The notes beneath the pieces are model-generated. The model did not search any database. It had not been told where the DNA came from and saw nothing but the letters and a program-made list of their open reading frames with translations. A program made the translations under genes and the position numbers. Positions 42,601 through 55,700 of a DNA stretch of 64,000 bases are shown in pieces. Where the stretch lies: the NCBI GenBank assembly GCA_964016885.1, contig OZ024743.1:233926001-233990000 (forward strand). Reading direction: 5' to 3'. Numbering within the stretch: the stretch's first letter is position 1; each line of letters opens with the position of its first letter. This DNA is from Eledone cirrhosa. Lineage: Eukaryota.

Positions 42601-43895
42601 CGGCCGGCCCGCGATTGAAAAGGTAACTCCGCCGGCAAATCGTCATTTTTGGATTCGTTTTCTTCGAAGCACACCATTCGCCGGCGGACTTTGTTGACGT
42701 TTAACACGGTTTGGTTCCACAGCCACAACTATTGATTTTACGGAGATATCTTGCTGAAATTCACGCCACACATAGCCAATGAGTGTCTGCACATGTACCA
42801 GTAATTACAGATCGATCCGACCACGGGCGGCCGGCCCGCGATTGAAAAGGTAACTCCGCCGGCAAATCGTCATTTTTGGATTCGTTTTCTTCGAAGCACA
42901 CCATTCGCCGGCGGACTTTGTTGACGTTTAACACGGTTTGGTTCCACAGCCACAACTATTGATTTTACGGAGATATCTTGCTGAAATTCACGCCACACAT
43001 AGCCAATGAGTCTCTGCACATGTACCAGTAATTACAGATCGATCCGACCACGGGCGGTCGGTTTGCGATTGAAAAGGTAACTCCGCCGGCAAATCGTCAT
43101 TTTTGGATTCGTTTTCTTCGAAGCACACCATTCGCCGGCGGACTTTGTTGACGTTTAAGACGGTTTGGTTCCACAGCCACAACTATTGATTTTACGGAGA
43201 TATCTTCCTGAAATTCACGCCACACATAGCCAATGAGTGTCTGCACATGTACCAGTAATTACAGATCGATCCGACCACGGGCGGCCGGCCCGCGATTGAA
43301 AAGGTAACTCCGCCGGCAAATCGTCATTTTTGGATTCGTTTTCTTCGAAGCACACCATTCGCCGGCTGACTTTGTTGACGTTTAACACGGTTTGGTTCCA
43401 CAGCCACAACTATTGATTTTACGGAGATATCTTGCTGAAATTCACGCCACACATAGCCAATGAGTGTCTGCACATGTACCAGTAATTACAAATCGATCCG
43501 ACCACGGGCGGCCGGCCCGCGATTGAAAAGGTAACTCCGCCGGCAAATCGTCATTTTTGGATTCGTTTTCTTCGAAGCACACCATTCGCCGGCGGACTTT
43601 GTTGACGTTTAACACGGTTTGGTTCCACAGCCACAACTATTGATTTTACGGAGATATCTTGCTGAAATTCACGCCACACATAGCCAATGAGTGTCTGCAC
43701 ATGTACCAGTAATTACAGATCGATCCGACCACGGGCGGTCGGTTTGCGATTGAAAAGGTAACTCCGCCGGCAAATCGTCATTTTTGGATTCGTTTTCTTC
43801 GAAGCACACCATTCGCCGGCTGACTTTGTTGACGTTTAACACGGTTTGGTTCCACAGCCACAACTATTGATTTTACGGAGATATCTTGCTGAAAT
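36636..43895. repeat. Sub-family B HOR block: 13-mer (2949 bp), 11-mer derivative (2495 bp) and a partial copy
   Basis: Diagnostic variants are cttcct, ttaagacg, acaaatcg, ggccggttt and the 2-bp deletion monomers at 39133 and 41628. Units are 36636-39584, 39585-42079 and 42080 onward. Confidence 0.88.
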
Positions 43896-46800
43896 TCACG
43901 CCACACATAGCCAATGAGTGTCTGCACATGTACCAGTAATTACAGATCGATCCGACCACGGGCGGTCGGTTTGCGATTGAAAAGGTAACTCCGCCGGCAA
44001 ATCGTCATTTTTGGATTCGTTTTCTTCGAAGCACACCATTCGCCAGCTGACTTTGTTGACGTTTAACACGGTTTGGTTCCACAGCCACAACTATTGATTT
44101 TAAGGAGATATCTTGCTGAAATTCACGCCACACATAGCCAATGAGTGTCTGCACATGTACCAGTAATTACAGATCGATCCGACCACGGGCGGCCGGCCCG
44201 CGATTGAAAAGGTAACTCCGCCGGCAAATCGTCATTTTTGGATTCGTTTTCTTCGAAGCACACCATTCGCCGGCGGACTTTGTTGACGTTTAACACGGTT
44301 TGGTTCCACAGCCACAACTATTGATTTTACGGAGATATCTTGCTGAAATTCACGCCACACATAGCCAATGAGTGTCTTCACATGTACCAGTAATTACAGA
44401 TCGATCCGACCACGGGCGGCCGGCCCGCGATTGAAAAGGTAACTCCGCCGGCAAATCGTCATTTTTGGATTCGTTTTCTTCGAAGCACACCATTCGCCGG
44501 CGGACTTTGTTGACGTTTAACACGGTTTGGTTCCACAGCCACAACTATTGATTTTACGGAGATATCTTGCTGAAATTCACGCCACACATAGCCAATGAGT
44601 CTCTGCACATGTACCATTAATTACAGATCGATCCGACCACGGGCGGTCGGTTTGCGATTGAAAAGGTAACTCCGCCGGCAAATCGTCATTTTTGGATTCG
44701 TTTTCTTCGAAGCACACCATTCGCCGGCTGACTTTGTTGACGTTTAACACGGTTTGGTTCCACAGCCACAACTATTGATTTTAAGGAGATATCTTGCTGA
44801 AATTCACGCCACACATAGCCAATGAGTGTCTGCACAGGTACCAGTAATTACAGATCGATCCGACCACGGGCGGCCGGCCCGCGATTGAAAAGGTAACTCC
44901 GCCGGCAAATCGTCATTTTTGGATTCGTTTTCTTCGAAGCACACCATTCGCCGGCGGACTTTGTTGACGTTTAACACGGTTTGGTTCCACAGCCACAACT
45001 ATTGATTTTACGGAGATATCTTGCTGAAATTCACGCCACACATAGCCAATGAGTGTCTGCACATGTACCAGTAATTACAGATCGATCCGACCACGGGCGG
45101 CCGGCCCGCGATTGAAAAGGTAACTCCGCCGGCAAATCGTCATTTTTGGATTCGTTTTCTTCGAAGCACACCATTCGCCGGCTGACTTTGTTGATGTTTA
45201 ACACGGTTTGGTTCCACAGCCACAACTATTGATTTTAAGGAGATATCTTGCTGAAATTCACGCCACACATAGCCAATGAGTGTCTGCACAGGTACCAGTA
45301 ATTACAGATCGATCCGACCACGGGCGGCCGGCCCGCTATTGAAAAGGTAACTCCGCCGGCAAATCGTCATTTTTGGATTCGTTTTCTTCGAAGCACACCA
45401 TTCGCCGGCGGACTTTGTTGACGTTTAACACGGTTTGGTTCCACAGCCACAACTATTGATTTTACGGAGATATCTTGCTGAAATTCACGCCACACATAGC
45501 CAATGAGTGTCTGCACATGTACCAGTAATTACAAATCGATCCGACCACGGGCGGCCGGCCCGCGATTGAAAAGGTAACTCCGCCGGCAAATCGTCATTTT
45601 TGGATTCGTTTTCTTCGAAGCACACCATTCGCCGGCGGACTTTGTTGACGTTTAACACGGTTTGGTTCCACAGCCACAACTATTGATTTTACGGAGATAT
45701 CTTGCTGAAATTCACGCCACACATAGCCAATGAGTCTCTGCACATGTACCATTAATTACAGATCGATCCGACCACGGGCGGTCGGTTTGCGATTGAAAAG
45801 GTAACTCCGCCGGCAAATCGTCATTTTTGGATTCGTTTTCTTCGAAGCACACCATTCGCCGGCTGACTTTGTTGACGTTTAACACGGTTTGGTTCCACAG
45901 CCACAACTATTGATTTTAAGGAGATATCTTGCTGAAATTCACGCCACACATAGCCAATGAGTGTCTGCACAGGTACCAGTAATTACAGATCGATCCGACC
46001 ACGGGCGGCCGGCCCGCGATTGAAAAGGTAACTCCGCCGGCAAATCGTCATTTTTGGATTCGTTTTCTTCGAAGCACACCATTCGCCGGCGGACTTTGTT
46101 GACGTTTAACACGGTTTGGTTCCACAGCCACAACTATTGATTTTACGGAGATATCTTGCTGAAATTCACGCCACACATAGCCAATGAGTGTCTGCACATG
46201 TACCAGTAATTACAGATCGATCCGACCACGGGCGGCCGGCCCGCGATTGAAAAGGTAACTCCGCCGGCAAATCGTCATTTTTGGATTCGTTTTCTTCGAA
46301 GCACACCATTCGCCGGCTGACTTTGTTGATGTTTAACACGGTTTGGTTCCACAGCCACAACTATTGATTTTAAGGAGATATCTTGCTGAAATTCACGCCA
46401 CACATAGCCAATGAGTGTCTGCACAGGTACCAGTAATTACAGATCGATCCGACCACGGGCGGCCGGCCCGCTATTGAAAAGGTAACTCCGCCGGCAAATC
46501 GTCATTTTTGGATTCGTTTTCTTCGAAGCACACCATTCGCCGGCGGACTTTGTTGACGTTTAACACGGTTTGGTTCCACAGCCACAACTATTGATTTTAC
46601 GGAGATATCTTGCTGAAATTCACGCCACACATAGCCAATGAGTGTCTGCACATGTACCAGTAATTACAGATCGATCCGACCACGGGCGGCCGGCCCGCGA
46701 TTGAAAAGGTAACTCCGCCGGCAAATCGTCATTTTTGGATTCGTTTTCTTCGAAGCACACCATTCGCCGGCGGACTTTGTTGACGTTTAACACGGTTTGG

Positions 46801-49800
46801 TTCCACAGCCACAACTATTGATTTTACGGAGATATCTTGCTGAAATTCACGCCACACATAGCCAATGAGTGTCTGCACATGTACCAGTAATTACAGATCG
46901 ATCCGACCACGGGCGGTCGGTTTGCGATTGAAAAGGTAACTCCGCCGGCAAATCGTCATTTTTGGATTCGTTTTCTTCGAAGCACACCATTCGCCGGCTG
47001 ACTTTGTTGACGTTTAACACGGTTTGGTTCCACAGCCACAACTATTGATTTTACGGAGATATCTTGCTGAAATTCACGCCACACATAGCCAATGAGTGTC
47101 TGCACATGTACCAGTAATTACAGATCGATCCGACCACGGGCGGTCGGTTTGCGATTGAAAAGGTAACTCCGCCGGCAAATCGTCATTTTTGGATTCGTTT
47201 TCTTCGAAGCACACCATTCGCCGGCGGACTTTGTTGACGTTTAACACGGTTTGGTTCCACAGCCACAACTATTGATTTTACGGAGATATCTTGCTGAAAT
47301 TCACGCCACACATAGCCAATGAGTGTCTGCACATGTATCAGTAATTACAGATCGATCCGACCACGGGCGGCCGGCCCGCGATTGAAAAGGTAACTCCGCC
47401 GGCAAATCGTCATTTTTGGATTCGTTTTCTTCGAAGCACACCATTCGCCGGCGGATTTTGTTGACGTTTAACACGGTTTGGTTCCACAGCCACAACTATT
47501 GATTTTACGGAGATATCTTGCTGAAATTCACGCCACACATAGCCAATGAGTGTCTGCACATGTACCAGTAATTACAGATCGATCCGACCACGGGCGGCCG
47601 GCCCGCGATTGAAAAGGTAACTCCGCCGGCAAATCGTCATTTTTGGATTCGTTTTCTTCGAAGCACACCATTCGCCGGCGGACTTTGTTGACGTTTAACA
47701 CGGTTTGGTTCCACAGCCACAACTATTGATTTTACGGAGATATCTTGCTGAAATTCACGCCACACATAGCCAATGAGTCTCTGCACATGTACCATTAATT
47801 ACAGATCGATCCGACCACGGGCGGTCGGTTTGCGATTGAAAAGGTAACTCCGCCGGCAAATCGTCATTTTTGGATTCGTTTTCTTCGAAGCACACCATTC
47901 GCCGGCGGACTTTGTTGACGTTTAACACGGTTTGGTTCCACAGCCACAACTATTGATTTTACGGAGATATCTTGCTGAAATTCACGCCACACATAGCCAA
48001 TGAGTGTCTGCACATGTATCAGTAATTACAGATCGATCCGACCACGGGCGGCCGGCCCGCGATTGAAAAGGTAACTCCGCCGGCAAATCGTCATTTTTGG
48101 ATTCGTTTTCTTCGAAGCACACCATTCGCCGGCGGACTTTGTTGACGTTTAACACGGTTTGGTTCCACAGCCACAACTATTGATTTTACGGAGATATCTT
48201 GCTGAAATTCACGCCACACATAGCCAATGAGTGTCTGCACATGTACAAGTAATTACAGATCGATCCGACCACGGGCGGCCGGCCCGCGATTGAAAAGGTA
48301 ACTCCGCCGGCAAATCGTCATTTTTGGATTCGTTTTCTTCGAAGCACACCATTCGCCGGCGGACTTTGTTGACGTTTAACACGGTTTGGTTCCACAGCCA
48401 CAACTATTGATTTTACGGAGATATCTTGCTGAAATTCACGCCACACATAGCCAATGAGTGTCTGCACATGTACCAGTAATTACAGATCGATCCGACCACG
48501 GGCGGCCGGCCCGCGATTGAAAAGGTAACTCCGCCGGCAAATCGTCATTTTTGGATTCGTTTTCTTCGAAGCACACCATTCGCCGGCGGACTTTGTTGAC
48601 GTTTAACACGGTTTGGTTCCACAGCCACAACTATTGATTTTACGGAGATATCTTGCTGAAATTCACGCCACACATAGCCAATGAGTCTCTGCACATGTAC
48701 CATTAATTACAGATCGATCCGACCACGGGCGGTCGGTTTGCGATTGAAAAGGTAACTCCGCCGGCAAATCGTCATTTTTGGATTCGTTTTCTTCGAAGCA
48801 CACCATTCGCCGGCTGACTTTGTTGACGTTTAACACGGTTTGGTTCCACAGCCACAACTATTGATTTTAAGGAGATATCTTGCTGAAATTCACGCCACAC
48901 ATAGCCAATGAGTGTCTGCACAGGTACCAGTAATTACAGATCGATCCGACCACGGGCGGCCGGCCCGCGATTGAAAAGGTAACTCCGCCGGCAAATCGTC
49001 ATTTTTGGATTCGTTTTCTTCGAAGCACACCATTCGCCGGCGGACTTTGTTGACGTTTAACACGGTTTGGTTACACAGCCACAACTATTGATTTTACGGA
49101 GATATCTTGCTGAAATTCACGCCACACATAGCCAATGAGTGTCTGCACATGTACCAGTAATTACAGATCGATCCGACCACGGGCGGCCGGCCCGCGATTG
49201 AAAAGGTAACTCCGCCGGCAAATCGTCATTTTTGGATTCGTTTTCTTCGAAGCACACCATTCGCCGGCTGACTTTGTTGATGTTTAACACGGTTTGGTTC
49301 CACAGCCACAACTATTGATTTTAAGGAGATATCTTGCTGAAATTCACGCCACACATAGCCAATGAGTGTCTGCACAGGTACCAGTAATTACAGATCGATC
49401 CGACCACGGGCGGCCGGCCCGCTATTGAAAAGGTAACTCCGCCGGCAAATCGTCATTTTTGGATTCGTTTTCTTCGAAGCACACCATTCGCCGGCGGACT
49501 TTGTTGACGTTTAACACGGTTTGGTTCCACAGCCACAACTATTGATTTTACGGAGATATCTTGCTGAAATTCACGCCACACATAGCCAATGAGTGTCTGC
49601 ACATGTACCAGTAATTACAGATCGATCCGACCACGGGCGGCCGGCCCGCGATTGAAAAGGTAACTCCGCCGGCAAATCGTCATTTTTGGATTCGTTTTCT
49701 TCGAAGCACACCATTCGCCGGCGGACTTTGTTGACGTTTAACACGGTTTGGTTCCACAGCCACAACTATTGATTTTACGGAGATATCTTGCTGAAATTCA

Positions 49801-52748
49801 CGCCACACATAGCCAATGAGTGTCTGCACATGTACCAGTAATTACAGATCGATCCGACCACGGGCGGTCGGTTTGCGATTGAAAAGGTAACTCCGCCGGC
49901 AAATCGTCATTTTTGGATTCGTTTTCTTCGAAGCACACCATTCGCCGGCTGACTTTGTTGACGTTTAACACGGTTTGGTTCCACAGCCACAACTATTGAT
50001 TTTACGGAGATATCTTGCTGAAATTCACGCCACACATAGCCAATGAGTGTCTGCACATGTACCAGTAATTACAGATCGATCCGACCACGGGCGGTCGGTT
50101 TGCGATTGAAAAGGTAACTCCGCCGGCAAATCGTCATTTTTGGATTCGTTTTCTTCGAAGCACACCATTCGCCGGCGGACTTTGTTGACGTTTAACACGG
50201 TTTGGTTCCACAGCCACAACTATTGATTTTACGGAGATATCTTGCTGAAATTCACGCCACACATAGCCAATGAGTGTCTGCACATGTACCAGTAATTACA
50301 GATCGATCCGACCACGGGCGGCCGGCCCGCGATTGAAAAGGTAACTCCGCCGGCAAATCGTCATTTTTGGATTCGTTTTCTTCGAAGCACACGATTCGCC
50401 GGCGGACTTTGTTGACGTTTAACACGGTTTGGTTCCACAGCCACAACTATTGATTTTACGGAGATATCTTGCTGAAATTCACGCCACACATAGCCAATGA
50501 GTCTCTGCACATGTACCATTAATTACAGATCGATCCGACCACGGGCGGTCGGTTTGCGATTGAAAAGGTAACTCCGCCGGCAAATCGTCATTTTTGGATT
50601 CGTTTTCTTCGAAGCACACCATTCGCCGGCGGACTTTGTTGACGTTTAACACGGTTTGGTTCCACAGCCACAACTATTGATTTTACGGAGATATCTTGCT
50701 GAAATTCACGCCACACATAGCCAATGAGTGTCTGCACATGTATCAGTAATTACAGATCGATCCGACCACGGGCGGCCGGCCCGCGATTGAAAAGGTAACT
50801 CCGCCGGCAAATCGTCATTTTTGGATTCGTTTTCTTCGAAGCACACCATTCGCCGGCGGACTTTGTTGACGTTTAACACGGTTTGGTTCCACAGCCACAA
50901 CTATTGATTTTACGGAGATATCTTGCTGAAATTCACGCCACACATAGCCAATGAGTGTCTGCACATGTACAAGTAATTACAGATCGGTCCGACCACGGGC
51001 GGCCGGCCCGCGATTGAAAAGGTAACTCCGCCGGCAAATCGTCATTTTTGGATTCGTTTTCTTCGAAGCACACCATTCGCCGGCGGACTTTGTTGACGTT
51101 TAACACGGTTTGGTTCCACAGCCACAACTATTGATTTTACGGAGATATCTTGCTGAAATTCACGCCACACATAGCCAATGAGTCTCTGCACATGTACCAT
51201 TAATTACAGATCGATCCGACCACGGGCGGTCGGTTTGCGATTGAAAAGGTAACTCCGCCGGCAAATCGTCATTTTTGGATTCGTTTTCTTCGAAGCACAC
51301 CATTCGCCGGCTGACTTTGTTGACGTTTAACACGGTTTGGTTCCACAGCCACAACTATTGATTTTAAGGAGATATCTTGCTGAAATTCACGCCACACATA
51401 GCCAATGAGTGTCTGCACAGGTACCAGTAATTACAGATCGATCCGACCACGGGCGGCCGGCCCGCGATTGAAAAGGTAACTCCGCCGGCAAATCGTCATT
51501 TTTGGATTCGTTTTCTTCGAAGCACACCATTCGCCGGCGGACTTTGTTGACGTTTAACACGGTTTGGTTCCACAGCCACAACTATTGATTTTACGGAGAT
51601 ATCTTGCTGAAATTCACGCCACACATAGCCAATGAGTGTCTGCACATGTACAAGTAATTACAGATCGATCCGACCACGGGCGGCCGGCCCGCGATTGAAA
51701 AGGTAACTCCGCCGGCAAATCGTCATTTTTGGATTCGTTTTCTTCGAAGCACACCATTCGCCGGCTGACTTTGTTGACGTTTAACACGGTTTGGTTCCAC
51801 AGCCACAACTATTGATTTTAAGGAGATATCTTGCTGAAATTCACGCCACACATAGCCAATGAGTGTCTGCACATGTACCAGTAATTACAGATCGATCCGA
51901 CCACGGGCGGTCGGTTTGCGATTGAAAAGGTAACTCCGCCGGCAAATCGTCATTTTTGGATTCGTTTTCTTCGAAGCACACCATTCGCCGGCGGACTTTG
52001 TTGACGTTTAACACGGTTTGGTTCCACAGCCACAACTATTGATTTTACGGAGATATCTTGCTGAAATTCACGCCACACATAGCCAATGAGTGTCTGCACA
52101 TGTACCAGTAATTACAGATCGATCCGACCACGGGCGGCCGGCCCGCGATTGAAAAGGTAACTCCGCCGGCAAATCGTCATTTTTGGATTCGTTTTCTTCG
52201 AAGCACACCATTCGCCGGCGGACTTTGTTGACGTTTAACACGGTTTGGTTCCACAGCCACAACTATTGATTTTACGGAGATATCTTGCTGAAATTCACGC
52301 CACACATAGCCAATGAGTGTCTGCACATGTACCAGTAATTACAGATCGATCCGACCACGGGCGGTCGGTTTGCGATTGAAAAGGTAACTCCGCCGGCAAA
52401 TCGTCATTTTTGGATTCGTTTTCTTCGAAGCACACCATTCGCCGGCTGACTTTGTTGACGTTTAACACGGTTTGGTTCCACAGCCACAACTATTGATTTT
52501 ACGGAGATATCTTGCTGAAATTCACGCCACACATAGCCAATGAGTGTCTGCACATGTACCAGTAATTACAGATCGATCCGACCACGGGCGGTCGGTTTGC
52601 GATTGAAAAGGTAACTCCGCCGGCAAATCGTCATTTTTGGATTCGTTTTCTTCGAAGCACACCATTCGCCGGCGGACTTTGTTGACGTTTAACACGGTTT
52701 GGTTCCACAGCCACAACTATTGATTTTACGGAGATATCTTGCTGAAAT

Positions 52749-55700
52749 TCACGCCACACATAGCCAATGAGTGTCTGCACATGTACCAGTAATTACAGAT
52801 CGATCCGACCACGGGCGGCCGGCCCGCGATTGAAAAGGTAACTCCGCCGGCAAATCGTCATTTTTGGATTCGTTTTCTTCGAAGCACACCATTCGCCGGC
52901 TGACTTTGTTGATGTTTAACACGGTTTGGTTCCACAGCCACAACTATTGATTTTACGGAGATATCTTGCTGAAATTCACGCCACACATAGCCAATGAGTG
53001 TCTGCACAGGTACCAGTAATTACAGATCGATCCGACCACGGGCGGCCGGCCCGCTATTGAAAAGGTAACTCCGCCGGCAAATCGTCATTTTTGGATTCGT
53101 TTTCTTCGAAGCACACCATTCGCCGGCGGACTTTGTTGACGTTTAACACGGTTTGGTTCCACAGCCACAACTATTGATTTTACGGAGATATCTTGCTGAA
53201 ATTCACGCCACACAGCCAATGAGTGTCTGCACATGTACCAGTAATTACAGATCGATCCGACCACGGGCGGCCGGCCCGCGATTGAAAAGGTAACTCCGCC
53301 GGCAAATCGTCATTTTTGGATTCGTTTTCTTCGAAGCACACCATTCGCCGGCGGACTTTGTTGACGTTTAACACGGTTTGGTTCCACAGCCACAACTATT
53401 GATTTTACGGAGATATCTTGCTGAAATTCACGCCACACATAGCCAATGAGTCTCTGCACATGTACCAGTAATTACAGATCGATCCGACCACGGGCGGTCG
53501 GTTTGCGATTGAAAAGGTAACTCCGCCGGCAAATCGTCATTTTTGGATTCGTTTTCTTCGAAGCACACCATTCGCCGGCGGACTTTGTTGACGTTTAACA
53601 CGGTTTGGTTCCACAGCCACAACTATTGATTTTACGGAGATATCTTCCTGAAATTCAGGCCACACATAGCCAATGAGTGTCTGCACATGTACCAGTAATT
53701 ACAGATCGATCCGACCACGGGCGGCCGGTTTGCGATTGAAAAGGTAACTCCGCCGGCAAATCGTCATTTTTGGATTCGTTTTCTTCGAAGCACACCATTC
53801 GCCGGCGGACTTTGTTGACGTTTAACACGGTTTGGTTCCACAGCCACAACTATTGATTTTACGGAGATATCTTGCTGAAATTCACGCCACACATAGCCAA
53901 TGAGTGTCTGCACATGTACCAGTAATTACAGATCGATCCGACCACGGGCGGCCGGCCCGCGATTGAAAAGGTAACTCCGCCGGCAAATCGTCATTTTTGG
54001 ATTCGTTTTCTTCGAAGCACACCATTCGCCGGCTGACTTTGTTGATGTTTAACACGGTTTGGTTCCACAGCCACAACTATTGATTTTACGGAGATATCTT
54101 GCTGAAATTCACGCCACACATAGCCAATGAGTGTCTGCACAGGTACCAGTAATTACAGATCGATCCGACCACGGGCGGCCGGCCCGCTATTGAAAAGGTA
54201 ACTCCGCCGGCAAATCGTCATTTTTGGATTCGTTTTCTTCGAAGCACACCATTCGCCGGCGGACTTTGTTGACGTTTAACACGGTTTGGTTCCACAGCCA
54301 CAACTATTGATTTTACGGAGATATCTTGCTGAAATTCACGCCACACAGCCAATGAGTGTCTGCACATGTACCAGTAATTACAGATCGATCCGACCACGGG
54401 CGGCCGGCCCGCGATTGAAAAGGTAACTCCGCCGGCAAATCGTCATTTTTGGATTCGTTTTCTTCGAAGCACACCATTCGCCGGCGGACTTTGTTGACGT
54501 TTAACACGGTTTGGTTCCACAGCCACAACTATTGATTTTACGGAGATATCTTGCTGAAATTCACGCCACACATAGCCAATGAGTCTCTGCACATGTACCA
54601 GTAATTACAGATCGATCCGACCACGGGCGGTCGGTTTGCGATTGAAAAGGTAACTCCGCCGGCAAATCGTCATTTTTGGATTCGTTTTCTTCGAAGCACA
54701 CCATTCGCCGGCGGACTTTGTTGACGTTTAACACGGTTTGGTTCCACAGCCACAACTATTGATTTTACGGAGATATCTTCCTGAAATTCAGGCCACACAT
54801 AGCCAATGAGTGTCTGCACATGTACCAGTAATTACAGATCGATCCGACCACGGGCGGCCGGTTTGCGATTGAAAAGGTAACTCCGCCGGCAAATCGTCAT
54901 TTTTGGATTCGTTTTCTTCGAAGCACACCATTCGCCGGCGGACTTTGTTGACGTTTAACACGGTTTGGTTCCACAGCCACAACTATTGATTTTACGGAGA
55001 TATCTTGCTGAAATTCACGCCACACATAGCCAATGAGTGTCTGCACATGTACCAGTAATTACAGATCGATCCGACCACGGGCGGCCGGCCCGCGATTGAA
55101 AAGGTAACTCCGCCGGCAAATCGTCATTTTTGGATTCGTTTTCTTCGAAGCACACCATTCGCCGGCGGACTTTGTTGACGTTTAACACGGTTTGGTTCCA
55201 CAGCCACAACTATTGATTTTACGGAGATATCTTGCTGAAATTCACGCCACACATAGCCAATGAGTGTCTGCACATGTACCAGTAATTACAGATCGATCCG
55301 ACCACGGGCGGCCGGCCCGCGATTGAAAAGGTAACTCCGCCGGCAAATCGTCATTTTTGGATTCGTTTTCTTCGAAGCACACCATTCGCCGGCGGACTTT
55401 GTTGACGTTTAACACGGTTTGGTTCCACAGCCACAACTATTGATTTTACGGAGATATCTTGCTGAAATTCACGCCACACATAGCCAATGAGTGTCTGCAC
55501 ATGTACCAGTAATTACAGATCGATCCGACCACGGGCGGCCGGCCCGCGATTGAAAAGGTAACTCCGCCGGCAAATCGTCATTTTTGGATTCGTTTTCTTC
55601 GAAGCACACCATTCGCCGGCGGACTTTGTTGACGTTTAACACGGTTTGGTTCCACAGCCACAACTATTGATTTTACGGAGATATCTTGCTGAAATTCACG

